Shown here: positions 9,721 through 21,533 of the stretch, piece by piece
Position numbering within the stretch: the first letter of the stretch is position 1
Layout of the letters: each line of letters starts with the position of its first letter
From: Chthoniobacterales bacterium
Lineage (GTDB): Bacteria; Verrucomicrobiota; Verrucomicrobiia; Chthoniobacterales; Chthoniobacteraceae
Direction: 5' to 3'
Assembly (NCBI GenBank): GCA_038207335.1
Contig: JBBQZX010000038.1
Span: 1-31,439, forward strand
Length of the DNA stretch: 31,439 nucleotides
The notes under the pieces: model-generated
Databases searched by the model: none
What the model saw: only the letters and a program-made list of their open reading frames with translations
What the model was told of the DNA's origin: nothing
Translations under genes and position numbers: made by a program

Positions 9721-10098
9721 TTAGGCTGAAAAACTCTCCCCGCACGAGCAGTGCGCCACGGCGTTTGGGTTGGTCACCTTAAAGCCGCCTTTCTGCAAAT
9801 CGTCGCTGTAATCGAGCAGAGAGCCACTCACGAAAAGCGCGCTCTTTGGATCGATCACCACGCGCACGCCCGCCGACGGCACGATGATGTCGCGGTTCGC
9901 CGGTCCATCGACGAGGTCCATTTTATACTGAAGGCCTGAGCAGCCGCCACCGATCACCGCCACGCGCAACGCACCCTGCGGACGCCCCTGCCGCGTGAGC
10001 AGCGAAGTCAATTTTGCTCCAGCGTTCTCGGTCACCTTCACGAGCTTCTCGTTGCCGAGTTTCGTCTTGATTTCAGCAGTCTGCGGCGCGGGCGTCAT
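9721..10098 (-). CDS. iscA: A-type Fe-S cluster assembly protein (HesB/IscA/ErpA family)
   Basis: LRVAVIGGGCSGLQY and NPNAVAHCSCGESF motifs. Confidence 0.9.
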   Translation of the reverse strand: MTPAPQTAEIKTKLGNEKLVKVTENAGAKLTSLLTRQGRPQGALRVAVIGGGCSGLQYKMDLVDGPANRDIIVPSAGVRVVIDPKSALFVSGSLLDYSDDLQKGGFKVTNPNAVAHCSCGESFSA

Positions 10099-10155
10099 GA
10101 GCGGTAAAAGTAGGGCCGCCGCGCCGCTTGTCCACACCGCGCGGCGACTTGTGGT

Positions 10156-11139
10156 TCAAGCTGCCGCGGCTTCCTCTCGATTCGCGAGGTGCTCGGCGGC
10201 GATGCCTTCCAGGCCGGCGAGCGATTCGACTTGGGCAAATTTTTCGCGCAACCGCTTTGCCTCTGGCATCCCGCGTGAATAGGCCATCAGCCGCGCGCGC
10301 ATAGAGTGCATCGTCGACCCCTCCGCGCCGCGCCGCTCGACTGCGAGCCGACAGTGCCGTGCAATGTGCGCCCATTGCGCCTCCATCGGCGGCGGAGGCG
10401 GCACCACGCCGGTCGCGAGGTACTCCTTGATCTCCGCGAAAATCCACGGCGCGCACATCGCAGCGCGGCCGATCATCACGCCACTCACTCCGCTCGACAT
10501 GCGCCGCTCCACGTCGCGCGCGCCGGTGATGTCGCCATTGCCGATCACCGGGATTTTCACCGCGGCGGCGACCTGCGCGATCACGTCCCAATCCGCTTCG
10601 CCGCTGTATCCCTGCTCCTTCGTGCGCCCATGCACCGCGATCGCCTGCACGCCCGCGCCCTCCAGCACGCGCGCCGTCGTCGTAGCGTTCACCTGCGCCG
10701 CGCTCCAGCCGGTTCGGATTTTCGCCGTCACGGGAAAAGGAGCCGCCGCTTTCACGACCGCGCGCGTCACCTTCTCGAGAAGTGGGCAGTCTCGCAAAAG
10801 CGATGATCCGCCATTCTTGCTCACGACTTTATTCACCGGGCAGCCGAAATTCAGGTCGATGAAGTCGGGCTGTTTCCACTCCAGGATCATCCGCGCCGCT
10901 TCGCCGAGATGCCCCGGATCTGCGCCGAAAATCTGCACGCCGAGCGGCCGTTCCTCCTCGACAAAATCGAGATATTCCATCGTCCGTTCATTACGACGAA
11001 AGACGCCCTCCGCTGACACGAACTCCGTCACCATGACATCGGCCCCCTGCTCCTTGCAGAGCTGCCGGAAAATCGTGTCCGACACGCCTGCCATCGGCGC
11101 GAGATAGAGCGGAAAACGATCGTGAAACCAAGGAAGCAT
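10156..11139 (-). CDS. dusB: tRNA-dihydrouridine synthase (DusB/NifR3 family)
   Basis: LAPMAGVSD, IDLNFGCP, TAKIRTGW, VHGRT, IGNGDI and VMIGR motifs. Confidence 0.93.
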   Translation of the reverse strand: MLPWFHDRFPLYLAPMAGVSDTIFRQLCKEQGADVMVTEFVSAEGVFRRNERTMEYLDFVEEERPLGVQIFGADPGHLGEAARMILEWKQPDFIDLNFGCPVNKVVSKNGGSSLLRDCPLLEKVTRAVVKAAAPFPVTAKIRTGWSAAQVNATTTARVLEGAGVQAIAVHGRTKEQGYSGEADWDVIAQVAAAVKIPVIGNGDITGARDVERRMSSGVSGVMIGRAAMCAPWIFAEIKEYLATGVVPPPPPMEAQWAHIARHCRLAVERRGAEGSTMHSMRARLMAYSRGMPEAKRLREKFAQVESLAGLEGIAAEHLANREEAAAA

Positions 11140-11242
11140 CGGCACACATCTTAGCTTGTCGTCCGTTCAACGCCAATGCTTCGAGACGCTCGGTTTTGAT
11201 CGCGCGCCAAACCTGTTATATTGGATCCGCATTTTCACCGAA

Positions 11243-12454
11243 ATGCCTGCTCAATCGCATCTCCACCTCCGCGCCGCAGGCCTCGCCGTGCTCGCCATCG
11301 CGGTGCTCCTTGCCTGCGGCGTCGCCTATGCGCTGAGGCTCGAACGGCGCTACATCCACGGGCTCGCACCGGAGATGTTCGGGCTGAAAAATCAGGGCAT
11401 CGCGCTGCAGAAAACCGCCTTTGCGCAGGGCGACCTCCTGCCGCTCTACGGCAGCTCGGAACTCATGAAGGCGATCCCCGACAAGGCCAGCCTCTTCTTC
11501 CGCAGATACCCGAGCGACTTCAGCGTCTTCCCCATCGGCAAAGCCGGCACCACGCCCCTCATCATCCTCGAAAAACTCGCCGCCCTCGGTCCCGCGGTGC
11601 GCGATAAAAAAGTCGCGATCTCGATCTCGCCAACGTGGTTTTTCATCGAGCAAATCAACCCGCGCTACTACGACGGCAACTTCTCCGTGCTACAGGCCAA
11701 TCAACTCGTCTTCAGCCACTCACTCAGCGCGGATTTAAAGCGCGACGTCGCCTGCCGAATGCTCAGTTATCCCCACTCGCTAGCTCACCACTCGATGCTC
11801 GACTTCGGCCTCCACCGCCTCGTCGGCGGCGCGTGGCGGGATTCCATCGCCATCGATTTCATCCGACCGCTGGCTGCGCTCGAGCAGGCGGTCGCGCGCG
11901 CCCAGGATCATTTCGAAAGCGCGATTTACATCCTGCATCACCACATGCGCGCCAATCCGCCGCGGCGTCCCGGCGAGCTCGATTGGGAGCGCCTCATCAC
12001 GAAAATGACCGCGCTCGCTTCTCCGTATCGCGGTGCCGATGCCAGCGAGCCCGTGCCGGACGAAATCGAGCAATTCGGCGGCGGCGACCGCGAATTCATG
12101 ACGACGATGAGCCGCGCCCACGAGTGGGAAAATCTCGAACTCCTGCTGCGCGGGATGCGCGAACTGCACATGCGGCCGCTGCTGCTGACCATGCCGCTGA
12201 ATGGCGTGCATTTCGACCGGCTCCGCATTTCCGCAGCCTCCCGCGCCTCGTTTTATGACCGGATGCGCGCGCTCGCCGACAAGTATGAGACGCCGCTCGT
12301 GGACTTCCGCGAGCACGAGCACGACCCGAAATTTCTCGTCGATGCGCACGACCACATGAGCGTCGAGGGATGGATTTATTTTAACGAAGCACTCGACGAT
12401 TTTTCCCACGACCGGGGGAAAATCGCGTCGCTCCCCCACCCCGCGCGGCGCTGA
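11243..12454 (+). CDS. dltD: DltD-like D-alanyl transfer protein (SGNH-like)
   Basis: N-terminal TM; LPLYGSSEL catalytic Ser motif; IGKAG, KKVAISISPTWF, NFS; C-terminal FLVDAHDHMSVEGW matching the DltD D..H..xGW region. Confidence 0.8.
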   Translation: MPAQSHLHLRAAGLAVLAIAVLLACGVAYALRLERRYIHGLAPEMFGLKNQGIALQKTAFAQGDLLPLYGSSELMKAIPDKASLFFRRYPSDFSVFPIGKAGTTPLIILEKLAALGPAVRDKKVAISISPTWFFIEQINPRYYDGNFSVLQANQLVFSHSLSADLKRDVACRMLSYPHSLAHHSMLDFGLHRLVGGAWRDSIAIDFIRPLAALEQAVARAQDHFESAIYILHHHMRANPPRRPGELDWERLITKMTALASPYRGADASEPVPDEIEQFGGGDREFMTTMSRAHEWENLELLLRGMRELHMRPLLLTMPLNGVHFDRLRISAASRASFYDRMRALADKYETPLVDFREHEHDPKFLVDAHDHMSVEGWIYFNEALDDFSHDRGKIASLPHPARR

Positions 12455-12547
12455 ATTGGCGCACGGATTTTCCGCCACGCAGAAAAGCGCGCGCAGAACT
12501 TTTTTGTGGCAAAGCGGCTTTGTGCAGCTATTTCCCCCGTCCCGCTC

Positions 12548-15052
12548 ATGTCCAACAAAACGCTCGTCATCGCCGAAAAACCCAGTGTCGCCAGTGATCT
12601 GGCAAAGGCGCTGGGAGGTTTCAAAAAGGAGGGAGATTATTTCGAGAGCACGAATTTCGTCATTTCATCGGCGGTTGGGCATCTGCTGCAAATCGCTCCA
12701 CCCGAGGGCTTTGAGCCGGCGCGTGGAAAGTGGAAGATCGAGAATCTCCCTTCGCTGCCGCCGGAATTCGCGCTCGTGCCGATCGAGAAAAATGTCGGTC
12801 GGCTGAACACTCTCAAGCGGCTTTTGAAGCGCAAAGACGTCGGCGAAGTGATCAACGCGTGCGATGCCGGGCGCGAGGGAGAGCTGATTTTCCGCAACCT
12901 CGTCCGCGCGAGCGGCGTGAAGAAACCGTCGAAGCGGTTGTGGCTGCAATCGATGACCACCGAGGCGATTCGCACGGCATTTCAGCGGCTGCGCTCGGAC
13001 GCGGAAATGCAGCCGCTCGCCGACGCCGCCATGAGCCGGAGCGAGGCGGATTGGCTGGTCGGCATCAATGCGACGCGCGCTCTCACGGCGTTCAATTCGC
13101 AGGGCGGCGGCTTCAACAAGACGACCTCCGGGCGCGTGCAGACGCCGACGCTCGCGATCCTCGCCGAGCGCGAGCAGCGCATCCGGGCGTTCGTTCCGCG
13201 CACGTATTTCGAGGTGCTCGCGGATTTCGGCGTGAAAGCTGGCAGCTACCGCGGACGCTGGTTCGATCCGAGTTTCAAGAAAGGCGCGGAGGACGACGCG
13301 CGGGCCGAGCGCATTTGGGATCACGAGCAAGCCGACGCGATCAAGGCGAAATGTGACGGCAAGCCGGGGTCGATCGAGGAGGAGAAAAAGCCGACGACGC
13401 AAGCGCCTCCCCTGCTCTACGACCTGACGACTTTGCAGCGGGAAGCCAACGGGCGCTTCGGATTTCCCGCAAAGATGACGCTCCAAATCGCGCAGGCGCT
13501 CTACGAAAAGCACAAGGCGCTCACGTATCCCCGGACCGATTCGCGATACCTGCCGGAGGATCATCTCGGCACGGCGGAGCGCGTGATGATGAGCTTCGAG
13601 GATCGCTCACTTTCCACCCACGCCGAAAAGGCGCTGGAGAAGGGCTGGGTGCGGCCGAACAAGCGTATTTTCAACAACGCGAAGGTCAGCGATCACTTCG
13701 CGATCGTGCCTACCGGTACGGTTCCGGGGAATCTTTCGGAGACCGAGGCGAAGCTCTACGACATGGTCGCGCGGCGCTTCATCGCGGTGTTTTATCCGGC
13801 GGCGCAATTCGAGGTGACCACGCGAATCACGACCGTCGAGGAGGAGAAATTCAAGACGGACGGGAAGATCATCGTCGATCCGGGCTGGCTCGCGGTTTAT
13901 GGAAAACAGGCCGAGGGCGAAGGCGAAAATGACAAGGCGATCGTGGTGGTCGCGGCGAATGAGCCAGCGCGGACCGAGGCAATCGAGGTGAAGGAAAGCG
14001 AGACGAAGCCGCCGGCGCGTTTCAATGAAGCGACGCTGCTGAGTGCGATGGAAGGCGCGGGGAAGCTCATCGACGACGAGGAACTGCGCGAGGCAATGAG
14101 CGAGCGCGGGCTCGGCACGCCGGCGACGCGCGCGCAAATCATCGAGGGGCTGATCCTCGAGGGCTACATCATCCGGCAGGCGCGCGAACTCATCGTCACG
14201 GCGAAAGGGCTGTCGCTCATCACGCTGCTGCGCGACCTGAACGCCGAGACCCTGACCAAGCCGGAACTCACCGGCGAATGGGAGTCGAAGCTGAAGCTGA
14301 TGGAAAAAGGGCAGCTGTCGCGCGCTGATTTCATGGAGCAAATCCGCGCGCTCACGACCGATGTCGTGGAGAAAGTGCGAGGCGGAATGGGCAAGGAAGT
14401 GCGTGGGGAATTTCACCCGCTCGAAGTGGCGTGCCCGAAGTGCGGCACGGCTCCGTTCAAGGAAACTTTCCGCGCCTACGAGTGCGCGAATCCCGAGTGC
14501 AGGCTGCTCATTTGGAAATCGATGGCAGGGCGCGAACTCGAACGCGAGGAGGTCGTCACTTTGCTAAAAGACAAAGTCGTTGGACCGCTCGAAGGCTTCC
14601 GAAGCAAGCTGGGACGGCCTTTTGCGGCCGCCGTGAAGCTTGATCCCGAGACGTGGAAACAGAGCTTCGACTTTGAAAACGATGAGGGGACGAATGGCGA
14701 GGCGATCGTGCCGATCGTCGCTGAGCCGGTCGGAAAATGCCGCGTCTGCGAGAGCGGCCAGGTCTTCGAGACGGCGAATGCGTTCATCTGCGAAAATGTG
14801 CCGCAGAAGAAATGCACGTTCCGCATGGGCAAGATGATCCTGCAGCGTGAAATCCCGCGGGTGGAGGCGGCGAAGATTTTGGCGACGGGCAAAACGTCGC
14901 TGCTTCAGAAGTTCGTGTCGTCGAAAACCAAGCGGACATTCGCGGCATACCTGACGCTCGGCGAGGGCGGAAAGGTTGGGTTCGAATTCGAGCCCCGCGC
15001 AAAAAAGCCGGTGAAGCCGAAGCTGACGAAAGCCGCGCTGACGGCGAAGTAG
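12548..15052 (+). CDS. topB: DNA topoisomerase III (type IA) with C-terminal Zn-ribbon repeats
   Basis: LVIAEKPSVA, NACDAGREGELIF, GRVQTPTL, catalytic TYPRTDS, GLGTPATRA; C-terminal CPKC/CRVC and GFRSKLGRPF repeats. Confidence 0.93.
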   Translation: MSNKTLVIAEKPSVASDLAKALGGFKKEGDYFESTNFVISSAVGHLLQIAPPEGFEPARGKWKIENLPSLPPEFALVPIEKNVGRLNTLKRLLKRKDVGEVINACDAGREGELIFRNLVRASGVKKPSKRLWLQSMTTEAIRTAFQRLRSDAEMQPLADAAMSRSEADWLVGINATRALTAFNSQGGGFNKTTSGRVQTPTLAILAEREQRIRAFVPRTYFEVLADFGVKAGSYRGRWFDPSFKKGAEDDARAERIWDHEQADAIKAKCDGKPGSIEEEKKPTTQAPPLLYDLTTLQREANGRFGFPAKMTLQIAQALYEKHKALTYPRTDSRYLPEDHLGTAERVMMSFEDRSLSTHAEKALEKGWVRPNKRIFNNAKVSDHFAIVPTGTVPGNLSETEAKLYDMVARRFIAVFYPAAQFEVTTRITTVEEEKFKTDGKIIVDPGWLAVYGKQAEGEGENDKAIVVVAANEPARTEAIEVKESETKPPARFNEATLLSAMEGAGKLIDDEELREAMSERGLGTPATRAQIIEGLILEGYIIRQARELIVTAKGLSLITLLRDLNAETLTKPELTGEWESKLKLMEKGQLSRADFMEQIRALTTDVVEKVRGGMGKEVRGEFHPLEVACPKCGTAPFKETFRAYECANPECRLLIWKSMAGRELEREEVVTLLKDKVVGPLEGFRSKLGRPFAAAVKLDPETWKQSFDFENDEGTNGEAIVPIVAEPVGKCRVCESGQVFETANAFICENVPQKKCTFRMGKMILQREIPRVEAAKILATGKTSLLQKFVSSKTKRTFAAYLTLGEGGKVGFEFEPRAKKPVKPKLTKAALTAK

Positions 15053-15095
15053 CGCCCAGCGCGCGAACTCCGGGTAGGGCACGCGCGTTCGACAA

Positions 15096-15602
15096 TCACA
15101 CCGCCGCGAGCTGCAGTCGCGGGTCCTCGGCGATTACCTCGCCGAGTGAATTCCAGCCGTCTTCATCGAATGCTTGAAACGCATTCAGATACACCGCCAC
15201 CACGCCCGCATCGTGCGTCGCGAGCAGCGAATCCACCACGCGCTTCACATCCTCTTTCGGCGGTGCGGGTGGGAGATTTTCCATCGTCCCGTTTTCATCG
15301 TGCGTGATGCCGAAGCCATCGAGGAATTCGCACAGCAGCTTCGCATGCGCGCCCACGAGCCAGATTTGCAGGAGATGCACGGCCACTCCCTCGTTCTGCT
15401 TTTTCGTGAGCACATCCTGCATCCACGCGTGGCGCTTCTCGCGCGGCATCCGCTCGACGAAAATCGCGCGGAGTTTCCGCTGCTTCGCCAGCGTGTCGAT
15501 CGTCGCCTTGTAGAGCGCCTTCTCCTTGTCGAATAGGAACGCAAAAAGCTGGCTTGCGGTAGCCGGCGGCATGTGGGCGAAAATCTCGTGAGGCTGGAGC
15601 AT
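15096..15602 (-). CDS. Conserved hypothetical protein
   Basis: Clean 168-aa ORF with native codon usage (RKLRAIF, FLDGFGITHDENG); no function recognised. Confidence 0.75.
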   Translation of the reverse strand: MLQPHEIFAHMPPATASQLFAFLFDKEKALYKATIDTLAKQRKLRAIFVERMPREKRHAWMQDVLTKKQNEGVAVHLLQIWLVGAHAKLLCEFLDGFGITHDENGTMENLPPAPPKEDVKRVVDSLLATHDAGVVAVYLNAFQAFDEDGWNSLGEVIAEDPRLQLAAV

Positions 15603-15641
15603 AAAGTTGGGGCGCGGAGACTACGGACGCGCGGCTCGGAT

Positions 15642-16046
15642 TCAATGCGGAATCGCGGGGGTCTCGCGTCGCACCTCCACACCGCGCGGGACGCGGAGCA
15701 CAATCGCATTGAGAAAATATCGGTGATGCGGAAACCGCGTCTCACCGCGCGCCGAGAGCACGAGCGTCGCGCCTTTTCGCTCCGCGGAAAAATCGAGCGG
15801 CCACTGCGCCGCTGGCGTCAGGGACGGCCCGGGCTCGTGCGAATGATAGCCCGCCGCGACAAGCACAGGACGCGCGGCCACCACGATCGCACCGCTCCCC
15901 ACGCCCACCGCCGCCGCGCGTGCCGCACTCGCGCGGAGCACCACCGTCGAGACCCCATCGCTCGGAAATTTCCACCTCCGCTCATCCGGCGGATGCCCGC
16001 ATCCCGCGAGCAGCAGCAGGAGCGGGAGCAAGCGGAGTGGCGACAT
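15642..16046 (-). CDS. Hypothetical lipoprotein
   Basis: Signal peptide with lipobox LLLLLAGC; fills the gap between flanking genes. Confidence 0.6.
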   Translation of the reverse strand: MSPLRLLPLLLLLAGCGHPPDERRWKFPSDGVSTVVLRASAARAAAVGVGSGAIVVAARPVLVAAGYHSHEPGPSLTPAAQWPLDFSAERKGATLVLSARGETRFPHHRYFLNAIVLRVPRGVEVRRETPAIPH

Positions 16047-16086
16047 CGGTGGATTGCGATGCTATCCTTTTCGTCCACTTCGATAC

Positions 16087-16671
16087 ATGAAAACCACCAC
16101 CCTCACGCTCGCACTCGGCGCTCTCATCTTCACCATGCACAGCCGCGCTGCCGACCCTGCGCCCACAGCCGCGAAACCTACTGCACACGAAGCCAAGCCC
16201 ATGAAAGACGCCATCCCCACCGACGAAGAACTCCGCAAAAAACTCACGCCGATGCAGTATGCCGTGACGCGCGAAAACGAGACAGAGCAGCCATTCACCA
16301 ACGAATTTAATAAGACACACGACGCCGGCATCTACGTGGACATCATCTCGGGCAAGCCGCTCTTTTCCTCGAAAGACAAGTTCGATTCCGAATGCGGATG
16401 GCCGGCATTCACCAAGCCAATCAACGACAAGGAAGTGAAGGAACTCTCCGACAAAACGCACGGAATGGAGCGCATCGAAGTCCGCTCGAAGACCGGCGAC
16501 GCGCACCTCGGGCACGTCTTCAATGACGGCCCGAAAGAAAGCGGCGGCCTCCGCTACTGCATCAATTCCGCATCGCTGCGCTTCATCCCGAAAGCCAAAA
16601 TGGCCGAGGCCGGCTACGGCGACCTGCTGCACATCTTCGGCGAAAAAGACGCGCCTGCAGTGAAGAAGTAA
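16087..16671 (+). CDS. msrB: Peptide-methionine (R)-S-oxide reductase with signal peptide
   Basis: [60 protein letters not shown] signal peptide. Confidence 0.95.
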   Translation: MKTTTLTLALGALIFTMHSRAADPAPTAAKPTAHEAKPMKDAIPTDEELRKKLTPMQYAVTRENETEQPFTNEFNKTHDAGIYVDIISGKPLFSSKDKFDSECGWPAFTKPINDKEVKELSDKTHGMERIEVRSKTGDAHLGHVFNDGPKESGGLRYCINSASLRFIPKAKMAEAGYGDLLHIFGEKDAPAVKK

Positions 16672-16713
16672 CGCGTTGCCATTGCGGCGCGCGCCCGTAT
16701 CGTCGCCGACACA

Positions 16714-18861
<2,148 letters not shown>

Positions 18862-18892
18862 GCGCGCACTCTTGCCCGCTCGGCAGTTCCCA

Positions 18893-20506
18893 ATGTCCTT
18901 CCAACCACCATTCCCGAAACTGGCGGCGCCCCGCTTCAGGTGGCACTCGAGGCGGGCGAAATCTTGTTTATTCTCGGTGCGAACGGAACCGGAAAGTCGA
19001 GCCTCATCCAGCGGTTGAACAAGAGCCATGCTAAGGACACGCGCTGGATATCGGCGCACCGCCAAAACTGGTTCGATGCAGAGTCAATTAGCCTTTCGCC
19101 CCAGCAGAAGCGCCAGACGGAACAAAATATCCGCGCATACGATGCTCGATCGGACTCGCGATGGAAAGATCACGCCGCAGCGCAACGGGCCGATATTGCG
19201 GTTTACGAACTCGTTGAAGCGGAGAACGTCGACGCCCGTGCTATCGCAAAGGCGGTGCGAGCTGAAGACTCGCGGCGCGTAGATGAGTTAAAGAAAGCAG
19301 ACCCTCCTATTAGAGTTATCAATGAGCTACTGAAAGCGTCGAACCTGCCGATCGAACTTTCCCTTCAAGACAACGAGCAAGTCATGGCCTCTAAATCCGG
19401 CTGCGCTCCATACAGCATAGCGCACCTTTCGGATGGTGAACGCAATGCGCTCCTCATCGCCGCTAATGTGCTCACGGCAAAAACTGGAACATTAATTCTC
19501 GTCGATGAACCTGAAAGGCACCTCCATCGTTCGATCATTTCCCCGCTCCTGACCCAGCTTTTCAAAAAGCGGAGGGATTGCGCGTTTATTGTCTCCACAC
19601 ATGACGTGCTGCTGCCGCTCGACAACCCTAGAGCCCGCACCCTGCTTATCCGCGGATGCAGTTACAAAAACACCGAAGTGGCGGCGTGGGATGCGGACCT
19701 TGTTCCCTCAGACGCGGAAATAGATGAAGTCCTCAAGGGCGACATACTCGGTTCACGGAAGAAGATTCTCTTCGTGGAAGGAACAGGCCGAAGTCTCGAC
19801 CAACCGCTCTACAGCCTCATTTTCCCAGAAGTGTCCGTGGTCCCGAAGTCGAGTTGCCGCGATGTCGAGCACGCGGTCACGGGCGTCCGCGGCGCCGCAA
19901 ATCTGCACTGGCTTCGTGCATTTGGAATCGTGGACAGCGACGGGCGACCGACGGCGGAAATCGAGGAACTAAAGCTGCAAGGTGTCTATGCCGTTCCGGC
20001 GTATTCTATCGAAGCCCTTTATTACCATCCGGATATCCAACGACGTGTAACCGAGCGTCATGCGGCGGTGACAGGTGCCAATCCGCAGATACAACTCGCA
20101 AACGCCAAGACCGCGGCGCTTACGGCAATCAAAAGGGCACGCGGACCGAATGAGCGAAAAGGTGGCGGAAAAAGCAATTCGCGCAGAAGTTTTCCGGCAC
20201 ATTCCAGGCAAGGCCGAAGTGAGAGCGGGACTCCCCTTCAACCTCAGCATTGATATCGCCGCCGCCGTCGCGATGGAACGTGCTCGACTCGACACGGCGG
20301 TTGCCGCGAATGATCTGGAAGCGCTGATCGTCCGTTACCCCGTTCGGGAGACGCCGGCGCTTTCGGAGATCGCAGGACACCTTGGCTTCCAAGATCGAGA
20401 CCAATACGAAAGCGCCGTTCAAAAGCTGCTGATTGATGATGCCGCGGCGGTGACATTTGTCCGCTCTCTTTTTGGAACCCTGTGGCAAGACATCTTATCG
20501 GCGTAG
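18893..20506 (+). pseudogene. ABC/AAA_21-type ATPase fused to TOPRIM (DUF4435/OLD-like) nuclease; frameshifted near 18905 and at 20131-20134
   Basis: Walker A GANGTGKS, signature LSDGER, Walker B VDEPERHLH, STHD; TOPRIM FVEG...FGIVDSD...SIEALY. The C-terminus continues in another frame (GHADRMSEK...YPVRETPAL...stop 20506). Confidence 0.8.
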
Positions 20507-20511
20507 TTTCG

Positions 20512-20617
20512 GATTCAACCCTTTCAGGGTTGACGGTTTGGTTGGGTGGGATGGACCCAGGGTAGTTTCGTTGGAACGAAACAACCCTGGGCTGGATGAT
20601 GGAACGCCGTTGGCGTT
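20512..20617 (-). repeat. REP-like three-hairpin element, copy 1 (reverse orientation)
   Basis: TCAACCCTTTCAGGGTTGA; CCCAGGGTAG...CAACCCTGGG; AACGCCGTTGGCGTT. Confidence 0.85.
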
Positions 20618-20667
20618 CACGGCGTGCGCTTCGCGCCGCGCCATTCCTACCAACGTAGCCACGGCTC

Positions 20668-20766
20668 AATCCCAACGGGATTAAATCATCCAGCCCAAGG
20701 TTGCCCGCTGCGGGCTACCTTGGGAACCGCAACCACCACACGCCTCAACCCTGAAAGGGTTGAATC
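20668..20766 (+). repeat. REP-like three-hairpin element, copy 2
   Basis: AATCCCAACGGGATT; CCCAAGGTTG...CTACCTTGGG; TCAACCCTGAAAGGGTTGAATC. Confidence 0.85.
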
Positions 20767-20835
20767 ATCGGGCGAAAGACGCGCCGATTCGCACCGCCGC
20801 CGGATTTCCCCGCCGCGGCGTCGCCGGGTGGACGT

Positions 20836-20938
20836 GATGCAACCCCGTTGGGGTTGATGATTCTTTGGGGGCGAACCCAGGGTAGGTGCTCGTGCCTCGC
20901 ACCAACCCTGGGCTGACTGATGAAATCCCGTTGGGATT
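20836..20938 (-). repeat. REP-like three-hairpin element, copy 3 (reverse orientation)
   Basis: CAACCCCGTTGGGGTTG; CCCAGGGTAG...CAACCCTGGG; AATCCCGTTGGGATT. Confidence 0.85.
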
Positions 20939-21136
20939 CGCACTGCGGCGGTGGTGCCAATGGATGATGGTGCGGTGTTTATGGACTTACGGACGACGGT
21001 GGTAACGCAACGCACGGGGACGATCGGGCAAATGTGATTGGATGCGGGCGATCCCGGCAACCGAACCGACCGTGCCGAATCACACGTTAAACTGGCTCTC
21101 CACCGTCGGGCCGCCAACCCACCGGTGTCCTCCGCC

Positions 21137-21235
21137 AATCCCAACGGGATTGAAATCATCCAGCCCAGGGTTGCCCGCCGCGGGCTACCTTGGGAACACG
21201 TCATCAACCGGCATCAACTCTGAAAGAGTTGAATC
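21137..21235 (+). repeat. REP-like three-hairpin element, copy 4
   Basis: AATCCCAACGGGATT; CCCAGGGTTG...CTACCTTGGG; TCAACTCTGAAAGAGTTGAATC. Confidence 0.85.
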
Positions 21236-21263
21236 AGCTCGGACGGCCACCCACGCTGACGCC

Positions 21264-21533
21264 ATGGCGCAATCGCTCGCAAAGATCCTCCTGCACACGG
21301 TCTTCTCGACCAAGGATCGCCGCCCTTTCCTCCGCGATGAACCGCTCCGCGAGGAACTCCACCGCTACCTCGGCGGCATCCTCACGAACCTCGGTTGCCA
21401 GCCCCTAATCATCGGCGGAGTCGAGGATCATGTGCATCTGCTCTTCGCACTTTCCCGCACGGCGACGGTGGCAGATGTGGTGAAGGAATTGAAACGCGGC
21501 TCCTCCGTGTGGCTGAAGACCAAATCGCCCACC
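21264..21533 (+). pseudogene. tnpA: Truncated IS200/IS605-family (RAYT-like) HUH Y1 transposase
   Basis: MAQSLAKILLHTVFSTKDRRP...GGVEDHVHLL...VKELKRGSSVWLK (HUH motif HVH). Similarity ends at KTKSPT, before the usual WQ.GY...Y..Q catalytic helix; the frame reads on into unrelated sequence to 21641. Confidence 0.85.

Noticed and set aside
20512..21235. CRISPR array
   Set aside because: Units are ~100 nt, alternate in orientation, have irregular spacers (50, 69, 198 nt), and no cas genes are present; they fit REP-like elements beside a HUH transposase.
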